From contig JBBCKI010000047.1 in NCBI GenBank assembly GCA_037190965.1, forward strand, positions 1-63,606: a stretch of DNA of 63,606 nt, given 5' to 3'. This DNA is from Chthoniobacteraceae bacterium. GTDB lineage: Bacteria; Verrucomicrobiota; Verrucomicrobiia; Chthoniobacterales; Chthoniobacteraceae. Positions 56,084 through 63,606 of the stretch are shown here, piece by piece (the stretch's first letter is position 1; each line of letters begins with the position of its first letter). A program made the position numbers and the translations under genes. The notes under the pieces are model-generated. The model was given only the letters and a program-made list of their open reading frames with translations. It searched no databases and was not told where the DNA came from.

Positions 56084-56683
56084 ATGCATTCTCCGTTTTC
56101 CGCATTGCGTCGTTTCGCCCGCCCCGCCGCTCCGGAAGAGCGTTGCGAGCTTTGCGGCATGGTTCTGCCCGCGCGGCACAGGCACCTGCTTGCGATGGCA
56201 ACGCGCAAAGTGGCGTGCTCGTGCGATTCCTGTGCACTGCTTTTTCAGAACCCCCGCAACGGCCGCTTCAACTTGATCCCGCAAGAGGTGCGGGCCTTGT
56301 CTCACTTCGGGATGAGCGATGCCGAGTGGGAAGACCTGGCGTTGCCGATCAACATGGCCTTCTTCTTTCACAACGCCCCGGAGGGCAAAGTGACGGCGCT
56401 TTACCCGAGCCCCGCCGGGGCGACGGAATCACTCATTCCGCTCCAGAAGTGGGAGGCGTTGGCCGGGCTTGCGCCCGATGTCGAAGCGCTGCTCGTCAAT
56501 CGCGTCGGGTCTGCCAGGGAGGCCTTTATCGTTCCCATCGATGTTTGCTACGAACTCGTTGGCATCATTCGTCTCCATTGGCGGGGGCTGCATGGAGGCG
56601 AAGAGGTTTGGCAGGAGATCGACCGCTTCTTTGCCCGGCTGAAGGATGCCGCCGATCCGGCGAGGGAGGGCCATCATGCCTGA
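56084..56683 (+). CDS. Group 1h hydrogenase-associated protein (DUF5947-like)
   Basis: ERCELC..H.H..CSCDSCALLF metal-binding pattern, YPSPAGATES, PDVEALLV, W.G..GG. Confidence 0.8.
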   Translation: MHSPFSALRRFARPAAPEERCELCGMVLPARHRHLLAMATRKVACSCDSCALLFQNPRNGRFNLIPQEVRALSHFGMSDAEWEDLALPINMAFFFHNAPEGKVTALYPSPAGATESLIPLQKWEALAGLAPDVEALLVNRVGSAREAFIVPIDVCYELVGIIRLHWRGLHGGEEVWQEIDRFFARLKDAADPAREGHHA

Positions 56684-57344
56684 CCTCGGCTTCACCGTTA
56701 CCGGAGTCGAGCCCGCGGCCCATGGGCTGACACCGTTGTTGCATTTCAAGCTCAAGATCGACGCGGCCCCCTCCCAAGACGAAGACGGTGGGATCGCGAT
56801 GATCGAGAGCGTCATTCTTCAGGTGCAGATTCAAATTCAGTCGCACGGGCGGTCTTATAATCGCACGGAGAGGGAAAAGCTCGTGGAGCTCTTTGGCACG
56901 CCCGAGCGGTGGGGGCAGACGTTGAGGCCGATGCTGTGGGCTCACGCAAACACCACCGTGGGACGTTTCTCGGGCAGCATTGAAACGCAGCTTCCAGTCG
57001 CTTGCACCTACGATTTCAACATCGCGGCGACGAAATATTTCCATGCCCTGGAGGAGGGGGAGGTGCCCTTGTTGTTTCTCTTCAGCGGCACGATTTTCTA
57101 CGCTTCCCCAGGCGAAGGGCTCCAGGTGCAGCAGATCTCCTGGGAGAAAGAGTGTCTCTGGCGAATGCCCGCGTTGCGATGGCGGGAGCTTATGGAGTAT
57201 CACTACCCGAACAGCGCATGGATCTGCCTGCATCAGGATGTCTTTGAACGCCTCTGTGAATTCAAGCGCCGCTCGGGATGTGCGACCTGGGAGCAAGCGC
57301 TCGATCAACTACTCCTGCAAAAACCCGAACCTGCCGCACTATGA
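56676..57344 (+). CDS. Group 1h hydrogenase-associated protein (DUF6084-like)
   Basis: LFGTPERWGQTL, CTYDF, KYFHAL, PLLFLFSGT; GGAGGG ribosome-binding site upstream. Confidence 0.8.
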   Translation: MPDLGFTVTGVEPAAHGLTPLLHFKLKIDAAPSQDEDGGIAMIESVILQVQIQIQSHGRSYNRTEREKLVELFGTPERWGQTLRPMLWAHANTTVGRFSGSIETQLPVACTYDFNIAATKYFHALEEGEVPLLFLFSGTIFYASPGEGLQVQQISWEKECLWRMPALRWRELMEYHYPNSAWICLHQDVFERLCEFKRRSGCATWEQALDQLLLQKPEPAAL

Positions 57345-58684
57345 ATCGCGAGCTTGTCGAAAACCTCGTGAACGCCATCCTGTACGAAGGGCACATCCTC
57401 TATCCGTACCGGGCTTCATCCAGGAAGAACCGGCACCGCTTCCCATTCGGGCGCGTCTATCCGCGGGACTATAGTGTCGCACAGAACGGTGCGGAAGCGT
57501 GCGAGATCCACACCGAGTGCCTGCTGGAAGGATGGAGGGAAGACTCCATGTTGACGATTCGGGTCTCCTTTCTTCAGCCGATGGCGCGTGAGATTGGCGT
57601 TTCAAAGGAGACATCCGATGCGGAGCAGGAGATCGAGATCGTTCCCGAGCTGCGGGTGGACGGGGTTCGCTATCAAACATGGCATGAAGCGACCGAGCGA
57701 TGCCTCGAAATGAGGGCGAGCGTGAAGGAATTGACGGCATCTCGCCTGCTGGAATTTCGCTATCCCGCGACGCGCGGGTGCGAGCCGATCCCCGACAGAG
57801 AGGGGAAAGTGGTGGGAATCATTCAACGCCGACAGACGTCGATTGAGGGAAGGATCGAGGCAAGCGTGGAAAGACTGGATGCGGGGCTTCTGAAAGTCCG
57901 CGTTCATCTTCTCAATACCACACCGGTCCAGGCTGGCGACCTGGAGAATGGCGAGGCTATTCTCATGCGAACCTTCGCCTCCACGCATGCGCTCCTGCAT
58001 GTCGGAGGGGAGGGTCGGTTCATTTCACTCCTCGAGCCGCCCTCGCCGTACGCCGCCGCTGCCGCGCAATGCGGGAACCGAGGCGTCTGGCCGGTTCTCG
58101 TGGGAGACGACACAATTCCCGAACGCGACACGATCCTCTCCTCGCCCATCATTCTCTATGACTATCCCAAGATCGCCCCGGAAAGCCCGGGCGACCTTTT
58201 CGACGGCACGGAGATCGACGAGATCCTCACACTGCGTATCATGACCATGACGGACGAGGAGAAGAGCGAGATGCGCCACCTCGATGCCCATGCACGGCGC
58301 ATTCTCGAACGCACGGAAGGGATGTCCGCCGGACAGTTGATCGACTTGCACGGCGTTCTTCGCGATGTCTGCCCGGTGCGATCGCCCGGCGAAGCGTTCT
58401 TTAACCCCGCCGAGCGGCTGGAGAGCGCCGAAGTGGGCGGCGTCATGCTGAAGGCGGGGGATCGCGTCCGGCTTGCGCCCAAGAACCGCGCGGATGTGAT
58501 GGACATCGCTCTTGCGGGGCGAATCGGGATCATCGAAGCGGTTGAGCACGATGTTGAAAACCGCGTTCACTTCGCCGTGGTGATCGAGGACGACCCTGGC
58601 CGCGATCTGGGAATGACCCGCTACCCGGGGCATCGCTTCTTCTTCGGGTTGGATGAAGTCGAACCGCTGGAGGGTCCCTCATGA
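57341..58684 (+). CDS. Group 1h hydrogenase-associated hypothetical protein
   Basis: LYEGHILYPYR, WPVLVG, LSSPIILYDYP.IAPESPGDLFDGTEIDEILTLR, C-terminal DDPG..RFFF..DEVEPL. Confidence 0.8.
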   Translation: MNRELVENLVNAILYEGHILYPYRASSRKNRHRFPFGRVYPRDYSVAQNGAEACEIHTECLLEGWREDSMLTIRVSFLQPMAREIGVSKETSDAEQEIEIVPELRVDGVRYQTWHEATERCLEMRASVKELTASRLLEFRYPATRGCEPIPDREGKVVGIIQRRQTSIEGRIEASVERLDAGLLKVRVHLLNTTPVQAGDLENGEAILMRTFASTHALLHVGGEGRFISLLEPPSPYAAAAAQCGNRGVWPVLVGDDTIPERDTILSSPIILYDYPKIAPESPGDLFDGTEIDEILTLRIMTMTDEEKSEMRHLDAHARRILERTEGMSAGQLIDLHGVLRDVCPVRSPGEAFFNPAERLESAEVGGVMLKAGDRVRLAPKNRADVMDIALAGRIGIIEAVEHDVENRVHFAVVIEDDPGRDLGMTRYPGHRFFFGLDEVEPLEGPS

Positions 58685-59208
58685 AGCGCATCCTCGTGGC
58701 GGGCATCGGCAATATTTTCCTGGGCGATGACGCTTTTGGGGTAGAAGTTGCCCAGGCTTTGATGCGGCGTCCGCTGCCGGAAGAAGTTTCCGTGGTCGAT
58801 TTTGGCATTCGTGGCTACGATCTCGCCTATGCGCTGATGGACGGCTATGACGCCACGATCCTTGTCGATGCCATGGCGCGCGGCGAGCCGCCTGGCACGA
58901 TTTTTCTGATCGAACCCGATCCCGTGGAACCGGGCGCAGCCGGCGAGCCCCCTGCCATCGACGCTCACAGTATGAACCCGCTCCAGGTGCTCCGATTGGT
59001 GCGCGCGCTGGGCGGCGACGCGCCCCGGAATCTTTACCTCGTCGCCTGCGAACCGGCGGTGCTTGGCTCCGAGACGGGAGAGATCGCTTTGAGTTCCGTG
59101 GTGAGCGCGGCGGTCCCTTCGGCCATTGGAATGATCGAGATGCTGATTGGCGATCTGTTGGGAAAGAGCGGCGAAGAGAGAAGTCGAACCGCTATTTCAC
59201 CCGTCTGA
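58681..59208 (+). CDS. Hydrogenase maturation endopeptidase
   Basis: AGIGNIFLGDDAFG, DFGIRG, LVDA, DAHSM. Confidence 0.92.
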   Translation: MKRILVAGIGNIFLGDDAFGVEVAQALMRRPLPEEVSVVDFGIRGYDLAYALMDGYDATILVDAMARGEPPGTIFLIEPDPVEPGAAGEPPAIDAHSMNPLQVLRLVRALGGDAPRNLYLVACEPAVLGSETGEIALSSVVSAAVPSAIGMIEMLIGDLLGKSGEERSRTAISPV

Positions 59209-59227
59209 AAAAATGAAAGGAATCGAT

Positions 59228-59350
59228 ATGGGCTATCAAAAAAAAGACGCAACCTTGACGGTGTTTGGCCTCTTCATGCTGTTCGCTCTGGCCGTGGGAG
59301 CCTCGATGCTCCCCGAGTTGTGGCGATATTTGAAGATCCGGTCGATGTAG
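59228..59350 (+). CDS. Small membrane peptide (DUF6893-like)
   Basis: AAGGA ribosome-binding site; one transmembrane segment ending PELWRYLKIRSM; lies immediately before hhyS. Confidence 0.65.
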   Translation: MGYQKKDATLTVFGLFMLFALAVGASMLPELWRYLKIRSM

Positions 59351-59458
59351 GGGCCGGTCTGGCCCCTCAATGGCCAAATGGATGCACCCGAATCGACGCG
59401 GCCCAGCGAATCTCGCTATGACTCGTCATGCAAGGAGCGGCAACCGGGAATTCACACT

Positions 59459-60523
59459 ATGAAAGCTCTCGAAGTTTTTGCGAACCGTCCCCCCAAGGTG
59501 AAGGAGATTCACATCATCTGGATGACAACGGGACTTAGCTGCGACGGCGACTCCGTTTCGACGACGGCGGCCACGCAGCCGAGCCTCGAAGACGTCGTGA
59601 TGGGAGCCGTCCCGGGACTGCCCAAGGTGCATCTGCACAACCCGGTGTTGGCCTACGAAGTCGGCGCGGATTTCATGAAGTACTGGCACGAAGCCGCGGC
59701 GGGTTTGCTGGAACCATTCGTACTGGTTCTGGAGGGCTCGGTGCCGAACGAAGAGATCAAGGAGGAGGGATATTGGGCGGCGATGGGCACTGACCCTGCC
59801 ACGGGGCAGCCGATCACGACCAGCGAATGGATCGACCGCCTGGCACCGAAAGCATTGGCGGTGATCGCCGCCGGAACCTGCGCGACTTACGGCGGCATCC
59901 ATGCCATGGAGGGGAACCCGACCGGCGCGATGGGCCTCGCGGATTACCTCGGCTGGGGGTGGCGCTCCAAAGGCGGATTGCCGGTCGTCAATGTCCCCGG
60001 TTGCCCCGTTCAGCCCGATAATATGATGGAGACGCTTCTCTATCTCCTCTACCAGGTCGCCGGGCTCGCGCCGATGATTCCATTGGATGAACAGTTGCGC
60101 CCCACCTGGCTTTTCGGCAAGACCGTTCACGAAGGCTGCGACAGGGCCGGTTACTATGAACAGGGCGATTTTGCCCATGAATACGGTTCGCCAAAATGCC
60201 TGGTCAAGGTCGGTTGCTGGGGCCCGGTTGTGAACTGCAACGTGACGAAGCGGGGCTGGATGGGCGGCATCGGCGGTTGTCCTAATGTCGGCGGGATCTG
60301 CATCGGCTGCACGATGCCCGGTTTCCCTGATAAATTCATGCCCTTCATGGATGCCCCCCCCGGCTCCGCCCTCTCATCGAGAGTCGTTACCGTTTGGGGA
60401 GGGCTGCTCCGCGTCCTGCGCGGCTTCACCAACCGGACTGCCAACAAGGAGCCGAAATGGCGGCACCGCGGAGGCAGACTAACCACCGGCTACCAGCCTG
60501 TCTGGTACGATCACGGGAACTAA
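59459..60523 (+). CDS. hhyS: Group 1h [NiFe]-hydrogenase small subunit
   Basis: GLSCDGD, GTCATYGG, PGCP, HEGCDR..CLVKVGC, CNV..GCPNVGGICIGC; no Tat signal. Alternative start at 59378. Confidence 0.93.
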   Translation: MKALEVFANRPPKVKEIHIIWMTTGLSCDGDSVSTTAATQPSLEDVVMGAVPGLPKVHLHNPVLAYEVGADFMKYWHEAAAGLLEPFVLVLEGSVPNEEIKEEGYWAAMGTDPATGQPITTSEWIDRLAPKALAVIAAGTCATYGGIHAMEGNPTGAMGLADYLGWGWRSKGGLPVVNVPGCPVQPDNMMETLLYLLYQVAGLAPMIPLDEQLRPTWLFGKTVHEGCDRAGYYEQGDFAHEYGSPKCLVKVGCWGPVVNCNVTKRGWMGGIGGCPNVGGICIGCTMPGFPDKFMPFMDAPPGSALSSRVVTVWGGLLRVLRGFTNRTANKEPKWRHRGGRLTTGYQPVWYDHGN

Positions 60524-60536
60524 CAACCCCTCTCTT

Positions 60537-62345
60537 ATGCCAAAGATTACCTCGCCTGCCGAACAGAGAACCCAGGAGACAGGGACGATCCGCGAAATGT
60601 CGTGGGATCCGATCACGCGCATTGTCGGTAGCCTGGGGATTTATACCAAGATTGATTTCGAGGCCAAGAAGGTTCTCGAATGCCATAGCACCTCGTCGAT
60701 CTTTCGCGGCTACAGCATCTTCATGCAGAACAAGGACCCGCGAGATACGCATTTCATCACCAGCCGGATCTGCGGCATCTGCGGCGACAATCATGCCACC
60801 TGCTCGGTCTATGCGCAGAACATGGCCTACGGCATCAAGCCGCCGCCACTTGCCGAATGGATCATCAATCTCGGCGAAGCGGCGGAATACATGTTCGACC
60901 ATTGCATTTATCAGGACAACCTGGTGGGGGTCGATTTCTGCGAGATGATGGTCAGAGAGACCAACCCGGGCGTTTGGGAAAAGGCGGTGCGGACCCCGGC
61001 CCCGCACGCGGCCGATCACGGCTACAAGACCATCGGCGAGATCATGACGGCGTTGAACCCGTTTGAGGGAGCCTTCTACCGCGAGACTCTCCAGATGAGC
61101 CGTCTCTGCCGCGAGATGTTCTGCCTGATGGAGGGCCGCCACGTGCATCCTTCCACGCTCTACCCCGGCGGGGTGGGCACTGTTCCCTCCATCCAGGTCT
61201 TTACGGACTATCTTGTACGCCTGACCAGGTATGTCGAATTCATGAAACGGGTCGTCCCGCTGCATGACGACCTGTTCGACTTCTTCTACGAGGCGCTGCC
61301 GGGTTATGAAGCCGTGGGGCAGCGCCGCATCCTGCTCGGCTGCTGGGGCTCTTTCCAGGATCCCGATTCCTGCGACTATGATTACAGGACCATGGCGGAT
61401 TGGGGCCGGAAGATGTTTGTGACGCCCGGCATTATCGTCGACGGCAAGCTGATCACGACGAGTCTTGTCGATATCAACCTTGGGATGCGCATCCTTCTTG
61501 GCTCTTCCTATTACGAAGACTGGGAGGCAACCGGAGAGCAGTTCGTCACGCACGATCCGCTCGGCAATCCCATCGACAAGCGCCATCCGTGGAATCAGAC
61601 GACCATCCCCAAACCGCAGAAGCGCGACTTCAACGAAAACTATACATGGGTCATGTCACCGCGATGGTACGACGATCGCACGGGCGACCACCTGGCGCTC
61701 GATACCGGTGGCGGGCCGATTGCCCGGCTCTGGTCTACGGCTTTGGCGGGACTGGTCGATATCGGGTACGTCAAAGCGACCGGCAGCAGCGTGAAGATCA
61801 CGCTTCCGAAAACGATGACGAAGCCGGAAGTCGAGTTTGAATGGAAGATTCCCAAATGGAGCAACGCCATCGAACGCGACCGCGCCCGAACCTACTTCCA
61901 GGCCTACTCCGCCGCCTGCGCGCTCTATTTTCTGGAAAAAGCGATGGCCGAGGTCTACGCCGGGCGGACTCAAACTTTCACCCCCTTCAAGGTTCCCAAG
62001 GAGGCGATCGGCTGCGGCTTTCATGAGGCGGTGCGCGGCGTTCTGTCGCATCACATAGTCATCCGCAACGGGAAAGTGGCCAACTACCATCCTTACCCGC
62101 CGACGCCCTGGAATGCCTCGCCCCGCGATATCTACGGAACGCCCGGGCCTTACGAAGACGCCGTGCAGAACACGCCGATCTTTGAAGAGAACGGGCCGGA
62201 TAATTTCAAGGGGATCGATATCATGCGCGCGGTCCGAAGCTTCGACCCTTGTCTCCCGTGCGGCGTCCATATGTATCTAGGAGGCGGCAAGACTCTCAAG
62301 CAGCTCCACACCCCGACCGCCCTGGCCGGGCTGGCGAAACCTTAA
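60537..62345 (+). CDS. hhyL: Group 1h [NiFe]-hydrogenase large subunit
   Basis: WDPITRIVGSLG, L1 TSRICGICGDNH, L2 SFDPCLPCGVH followed by a cleavable C-terminal extension. Confidence 0.95.
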   Translation: MPKITSPAEQRTQETGTIREMSWDPITRIVGSLGIYTKIDFEAKKVLECHSTSSIFRGYSIFMQNKDPRDTHFITSRICGICGDNHATCSVYAQNMAYGIKPPPLAEWIINLGEAAEYMFDHCIYQDNLVGVDFCEMMVRETNPGVWEKAVRTPAPHAADHGYKTIGEIMTALNPFEGAFYRETLQMSRLCREMFCLMEGRHVHPSTLYPGGVGTVPSIQVFTDYLVRLTRYVEFMKRVVPLHDDLFDFFYEALPGYEAVGQRRILLGCWGSFQDPDSCDYDYRTMADWGRKMFVTPGIIVDGKLITTSLVDINLGMRILLGSSYYEDWEATGEQFVTHDPLGNPIDKRHPWNQTTIPKPQKRDFNENYTWVMSPRWYDDRTGDHLALDTGGGPIARLWSTALAGLVDIGYVKATGSSVKITLPKTMTKPEVEFEWKIPKWSNAIERDRARTYFQAYSAACALYFLEKAMAEVYAGRTQTFTPFKVPKEAIGCGFHEAVRGVLSHHIVIRNGKVANYHPYPPTPWNASPRDIYGTPGPYEDAVQNTPIFEENGPDNFKGIDIMRAVRSFDPCLPCGVHMYLGGGKTLKQLHTPTALAGLAKP

Positions 62346-62374
62346 ACCTACCATCAACTCGAACCTCCACCCCC

Positions 62375-63046
62375 ATGCTAACCATCCAATCCTCCCCCGA
62401 CGAAATCTACGACATCGAGCTGGAGCATAGTCTCCTCGAAGCCAACGAAAAACTGGCCATCGAAAACCGCGCCCTGCTCGACTGCCATGGCGTGACCGCC
62501 ATCGATCTGATGGGAGCCATCGGCTCGGGCAAGACCACGTTGATCACGAAGCTCGCGGCTATGCTGAAGGACCGCCTCGGAATCGCGGTATTCAATGGCG
62601 ATGCCACGACCAGCAGCGACGCCGACGCCATTGCGGCAATGGGGGTTCCCGTGGTCCAGATCGCAACCATCAACGGATGCCATCTGGACGCGAATGTCGT
62701 CGGGAAAGGGCTGCGAGGCATCGATCTCGAAGGGTTGAGGCTTCTCCTGATCGAAAATATCGGCAACCTGATCTGCCCCGCCGAGTTTCCGCTCGGTTCG
62801 AAGGCGCGCGTGGTGGTGATCAGCGTCACGGAAGGACCCTACATGGTGAAGAAGCACCCTCATATGTTCCTCGGCGCGCAGGTGGTGGTCATCAACAAGA
62901 TCGACCTGGCCGATGTGATGGGGGTGAGCGTCGATGCCCTGATCCGCGACGTGCATACGCTCAAGCCGGACATCCGCGTCATTCCTGCCAGTTGCCAGCA
63001 CGGGACAGGGTTGGAAGAGATCGCCGAGACGCTGCTGGCGCTTTAG
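62375..63046 (+). CDS. hypB: Hydrogenase nickel incorporation GTPase HypB
   Basis: P-loop GAIGSGKT, GCHLDA, ENIGNLICPA, SVTEG, NKID. Confidence 0.93.
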   Translation: MLTIQSSPDEIYDIELEHSLLEANEKLAIENRALLDCHGVTAIDLMGAIGSGKTTLITKLAAMLKDRLGIAVFNGDATTSSDADAIAAMGVPVVQIATINGCHLDANVVGKGLRGIDLEGLRLLLIENIGNLICPAEFPLGSKARVVVISVTEGPYMVKKHPHMFLGAQVVVINKIDLADVMGVSVDALIRDVHTLKPDIRVIPASCQHGTGLEEIAETLLAL

Positions 63047-63058
63047 ACCAGCGCGCCA

Positions 63059-63439
63059 ATGCACGAAATGTCGATCGCGGCGGCCCTCATGGAGCGGATG
63101 CTGGAGTTCACGCGGGAACACCCCGGAAAGCGTGTTCTCCAGGTGCGGCTCTCGGTCGGGGAATTAGCCGCCATCGAAGCGGAACAGTTGAGCTTCTGTT
63201 ACGGCGCGATCACGACGGGGACGGCGCTGGAAGGATCGTCGCTCGAGATCGAAACGAGTGGGGCGGTGATTCGATGCCCGCGCTGTTCCTATCTCGGCGC
63301 GCCGAAAACATGGGACGACGCGCTCGCCTTCGCGGCACCGCCGACGCTCTGCTGCCCCCGCTGTGGCTCGACGGCGGAGGCGATCCAGGGGCAGGAGTGC
63401 GCCATCAAAAGCGTGCAATACCAGGAGAATGCCGGTTGA
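63059..63439 (+). CDS. hypA: Hydrogenase nickel metallochaperone HypA
   Basis: MHEMSIA N-terminus and two CxxC pairs (CPRC, CPRC). Confidence 0.95.
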   Translation: MHEMSIAAALMERMLEFTREHPGKRVLQVRLSVGELAAIEAEQLSFCYGAITTGTALEGSSLEIETSGAVIRCPRCSYLGAPKTWDDALAFAAPPTLCCPRCGSTAEAIQGQECAIKSVQYQENAG

Positions 63440-63606
63440 TGATGAACACGCTCGGTTGTGTTTACGAACTGGGAAAGATTAGTACGTTCAAGAAAAGGCC
63501 GCCGAGTTGTTGAGAAGAAGAAATAGAGGGCCTATGGCCAAAGGCGGCGTCGTGGAACTCCGCCCTCCCTCTACCGCGCGGCAAGCGCGCGCAGGACGAA
63601 AGTTTT

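Noticed and set aside
63440..63606. Possible ORF start near 63536 running off the window
   Set aside because: Too short to support, and no recognisable Hyp protein N-terminus.

Overview
This is a high-GC bacterial window, most likely Verrucomicrobiota (Spartobacteria/Chthoniobacterales-like), judged from its Verru_Chthon pilin-like cassettes and PEP-CTERM proteins. Bases 1-55079 form a carbohydrate-utilisation island of three modules. Each module contains a Verru_Chthon prepilin cassette (the first is cut by the window edge) embedded among glycoside hydrolases and sugar-catabolic enzymes. The two complete modules also have a LacI regulator (or pair), a Na+/solute symporter and a PEP-CTERM beta-strand-repeat surface protein. 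No TonB-dependent/SusCD transporter is present. Two different repeated intergenic DNA motifs, one per complete module, tie the cassettes to the sugar genes as putative regulons. This suggests a PUL-like system that uses interchangeable pseudopilin tip complexes. A ~1.1 kb scar of broken gene fragments (7.4-8.5 kb) separates modules 1 and 2. Bases 55270-63439 encode a group 1h (high-affinity-type) [NiFe]-hydrogenase cluster. No rRNA, tRNA, CRISPR array or intact transposase was recognised. All family calls come from motif recognition by eye; no database searches were run.
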